A DNA stretch of 64,000 nucleotides, taken from an uncultured delta proteobacterium. Its GTDB lineage: Bacteria; Myxococcota; Kuafuiibacteriia; Kuafuiibacteriales; Kuafuiibacteriaceae. The notes below the pieces were generated by a model. That model did no database searches and had not been told where the DNA came from. It saw nothing but the letters and a program-made list of their open reading frames with translations. Both the position numbers and the translations under genes were made by a program. The stretch covers positions 1,120,001 through 1,184,000 of the forward strand of contig CAWDML010000001.1 in the NCBI GenBank assembly GCA_963803435.1, written 5' to 3'. This document shows, piece after piece, positions 61,602 through 64,000 of the stretch. Positions within the stretch are counted from its first letter, which is position 1. Every line of letters starts with the position of its first letter.

Positions 61602-63131
61602 ATGAAGATGCAGCGCTCGAGCCTGGGACGCGTCCTACGCGCCGTCAAAGAGGATCCGAGAAGGCTGGCCGCGTGCGCGGCCGGGGGCGCTGTGCTCGCA
61701 GGCGCAGCGATCGCCCCGACGCTGGGCCACTCGCCTCCCCAGGCCGGACCGAGGCCCGATCTGGGCCGCAACGTCCTGACGCTCTCACCCGAATGCGCAC
61801 GCGCGCATGCGGGGGACGTCATCGAGCTGACCACGAACAACGGCCAGCGTGCGCGCGTCATCCTGCGACAGCAGGCGAAGTCGGTGAACGAGGTGGCCTC
61901 CGAGACCACGAGCGCGCCGCTCGGCCCCTCCGCGAGGAAGGCGCTCTGCGACGCTCAGGCGACGCTCCTGCCCACGATCGGGAGGGAAACCGGCAAGGTC
62001 GCAGCGGGCGCCGCCGGCGCCGAGGAGCGCGACCTGCTGCTCGACTCGCGCTCGATCGTCTCCAGCTCGAAGGTGGCGCTGGCGGCGTCGGCCGGCGCGC
62101 CCGAGGTGGGTCGCGCGGAACAGCATCGGATCGACGCGCTGATCGCGAAGATCGCCGGCGAGCGCCGGAACGATCCCAGGGCCTGGGCGCACGACGTCCA
62201 GGATCTCGCGAACGCCGCCGATGCGCTCGCCGCGGGCGCCGCACGTTTGACCGCCGAGCCGGACCAGGAGCGCCTCGATACCGGCGCGACGACCCCGGAC
62301 GGGATGAGCGCCGACGCCCAGGCGAAGATCCACGTGGAGGCCGTCGCCCAGCAGCGCGCCGCCCACGAGCGCGCCGCCTTCGACGCTGCGCTCGCCAAGA
62401 AGGCGAAGCGTACGGCGACCTCCGAGCTGAAGGCACACGTCGGTGGCTTGGTGCGCGCGATCTACGCTCCGCACACCGGTCAACACGGAGGGCGGGAGCT
62501 CGACGGTGAGATCGGGCGCGCGATCGCGCGTGCCAAGAAGCTCGCAGCAGCGCAGGCCCGGACGGGGAAGGTCGATGTCTCCGCGATCGCAAAGGCGATC
62601 GAGAAGCGTGTGCGCACCTCGCCGACCGTCCGGAAGAGCTGGGTGGACACGAACGTCGCCCGCTATTACACGCCGCAGCCGGACGCGTTCGAGTGCTCGA
62701 ACTACAGCACGTACATGGCGATGCGCGCGCTGGGTGTTCACCCGTCGATCGACCACATCCGTGAGATCACCAAGGTCAGCGCGACCGGCGGCCACGGTCT
62801 TCCGGGCGGCGGCGACTATCTGGCGGACCGGATCAACCGATCCCGCCTCCCCGTCAAGGCGACGTACGACGCGAGCGCCGATGCCAGAGCGATCCTCGCG
62901 AAGGTTCGGCAGGGCTACGTCGCGATCGTCAACGGCGCTGCGGTCGGCAGCAACGGCGGCCACTTCTTCACCATCGTCGGTGTGACCCGCGACGGGAAGG
63001 CGATCGTCGCCGACCCGTGGCAAGGAGATATCGCCTCGCTCGGATCGAGGTGGTCGCCGTCGCAGCTCGACTTCATGAGCAAGCACGGGGATCATCCTCC
63101 CGGGTTCGTGATGCTGGAGCGGCTCACGTAG
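61602..63131 (+). CDS. secreted protein with C-terminal C39-like papain-fold peptidase
   Basis: Q...C 'QPDAFECSNYS..MA', His 'GGHFFTIVG', Asp 'IVADPW'; long Ala-rich helical middle. Confidence 0.72.
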   Translation: MKMQRSSLGRVLRAVKEDPRRLAACAAGGAVLAGAAIAPTLGHSPPQAGPRPDLGRNVLTLSPECARAHAGDVIELTTNNGQRARVILRQQAKSVNEVASETTSAPLGPSARKALCDAQATLLPTIGRETGKVAAGAAGAEERDLLLDSRSIVSSSKVALAASAGAPEVGRAEQHRIDALIAKIAGERRNDPRAWAHDVQDLANAADALAAGAARLTAEPDQERLDTGATTPDGMSADAQAKIHVEAVAQQRAAHERAAFDAALAKKAKRTATSELKAHVGGLVRAIYAPHTGQHGGRELDGEIGRAIARAKKLAAAQARTGKVDVSAIAKAIEKRVRTSPTVRKSWVDTNVARYYTPQPDAFECSNYSTYMAMRALGVHPSIDHIREITKVSATGGHGLPGGGDYLADRINRSRLPVKATYDASADARAILAKVRQGYVAIVNGAAVGSNGGHFFTIVGVTRDGKAIVADPWQGDIASLGSRWSPSQLDFMSKHGDHPPGFVMLERLT

Positions 63132-63132
63132 T

Positions 63133-63460
63133 TGGAACCGGTTCTTCCAACCGGCCCGAATGCCGAGAAGACGGCGGAGCTTGCGCGGCGGTCGGCCCCG
63201 TATTCCTGATCGAGTCGTGATGGCCGGGATCGTCTATCGACTTCGCACGGGTTGTCAGTGGAAGGCGCTTCCGCGCGAGTTCAGCTCGGGTCGGGCGTGT
63301 CCCGCTCGGTTCCAGCGATACCGTTGTTCGATCACGCCGCATCACCCCTCACATCCGGCCGCGCGGCGAGCGGCCTCTGGTTGGATGCGTTCGCGGTAAG
63401 CCACGCCGCTGGGTTGTCGAGCGGACGAACGCCTGGCACAACCGATTCCGCGCACGACTC
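63133..63460 (+). pseudogene. internally deleted IS5 transposase remnant (same family as 26762-27479)
   Basis: 'GGRPRIPDRVVMAGIVYRLRTGCQWKALPREF' is joined directly to 'RITPHIRPRGERPLVGCVRGKPRRWVVERTNAWHNRFRARL'. Confidence 0.8.
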
Positions 63461-63566
63461 CCCAGTGTGGACTGCGATCGACGGACCGCGCTACGGCAAC
63501 GGGCCGACGCAAACGTCGGCATCGCCCACGCCGAATCGCCGAAAATCTCAGGGTGAGGAGCCTGGG

Positions 63567-64000
63567 ATGCGATCTCTGAGCGACGTCGAACGGACGAGGG
63601 CCCTCCAGCTGTTCGCGAATTATCCGCTGCTCGAGCACGCGTCCGCCGCGTCGATCGAGACGATCATCAGTGAAGCCGAGATCGGGGAGGCGGAGCTGGG
63701 GACCCGGATCCTCGTGGAGGGCGAGCGGCCCTTCGCCGTCACCTTCCTGTTGGAAGGATCGGCGCGCATCTACCATGGGCTGGCGGACGGGCGGGAGTTC
63801 ACGCCGAAGATCCTCTCGGCGCCGAACCACTTCGGAGACATCGAGCTCATCTCGGGCTTCGAGGTCAACGGCCAGTCGGTGGAGCTGCTCGGGCGATCGA
63901 TCATTGCGATCGTACCCTGGTCCGCGCTCCGCCGCGTCCTGCTCGGCGATCATGCCGCGTGCGTCGGATGGCTCACCGGTCTCGCGTCGCAGTTCGTTTA
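63567..64000 (+). CDS. Crp/Fnr-type cyclic-nucleotide-binding protein (3' partial)
   Basis: GAGGAG RBS; 'YPLLEH', 'ILVEGE..FLLEGSARIY..ADGREF', 'HFGDIELI'; frame open to the window end. Confidence 0.75.
   Translation, partial: MRSLSDVERTRALQLFANYPLLEHASAASIETIISEAEIGEAELGTRILVEGERPFAVTFLLEGSARIYHGLADGREFTPKILSAPNHFGDIELISGFEVNGQSVELLGRSIIAIVPWSALRRVLLGDHAACVGWLTGLASQFV

Overview
High-GC window that reads as a Myxococcota-like deltaproteobacterium: it has a MYXO-CTERM protease, an ECF/FecR pair, PEGA and FHA proteins, a Ser/Thr kinase and a myxobacterial-type ImuA. About 50 genes are present, mostly signalling, envelope and metabolism (hybrid HK-CheR-HK, TldD/TldE, leuA-like, fdhD, lnt, OPX plus BY-kinase, TolC-MlaC, ppdK, MltD, multiheme cytochrome, Fe3+-type ABC transporter, amino-sugar trio). 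Two small accessory patches sit at 25.8-27.6 kb and 58-63.5 kb. The strongest observations are: (1) an intact TldD/TldE operon whose TldD has lost all three metal ligands and the catalytic Glu; (2) an FHA-CpaF/TadA pseudo-ATPase with a dead Walker A, paired with an FHA-FHA-TM-TPR protein and with no other tad genes in the window; (3) an IS5 element with ~65-70 bp inverted ends that carries a four-helix-bundle passenger gene; (4) an FHA-fused BY-kinase with NxWGD repeats; (5) a tandem glycine-zipper pair behind a small membrane protein; (6) five of seven single-base frameshifts are repaired by GAATC/GATTC->GATC, which suggests systematic long-read miscalls at a modified GATC rather than real pseudogenes. 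All family calls come from motif recognition by eye; no searches were run.
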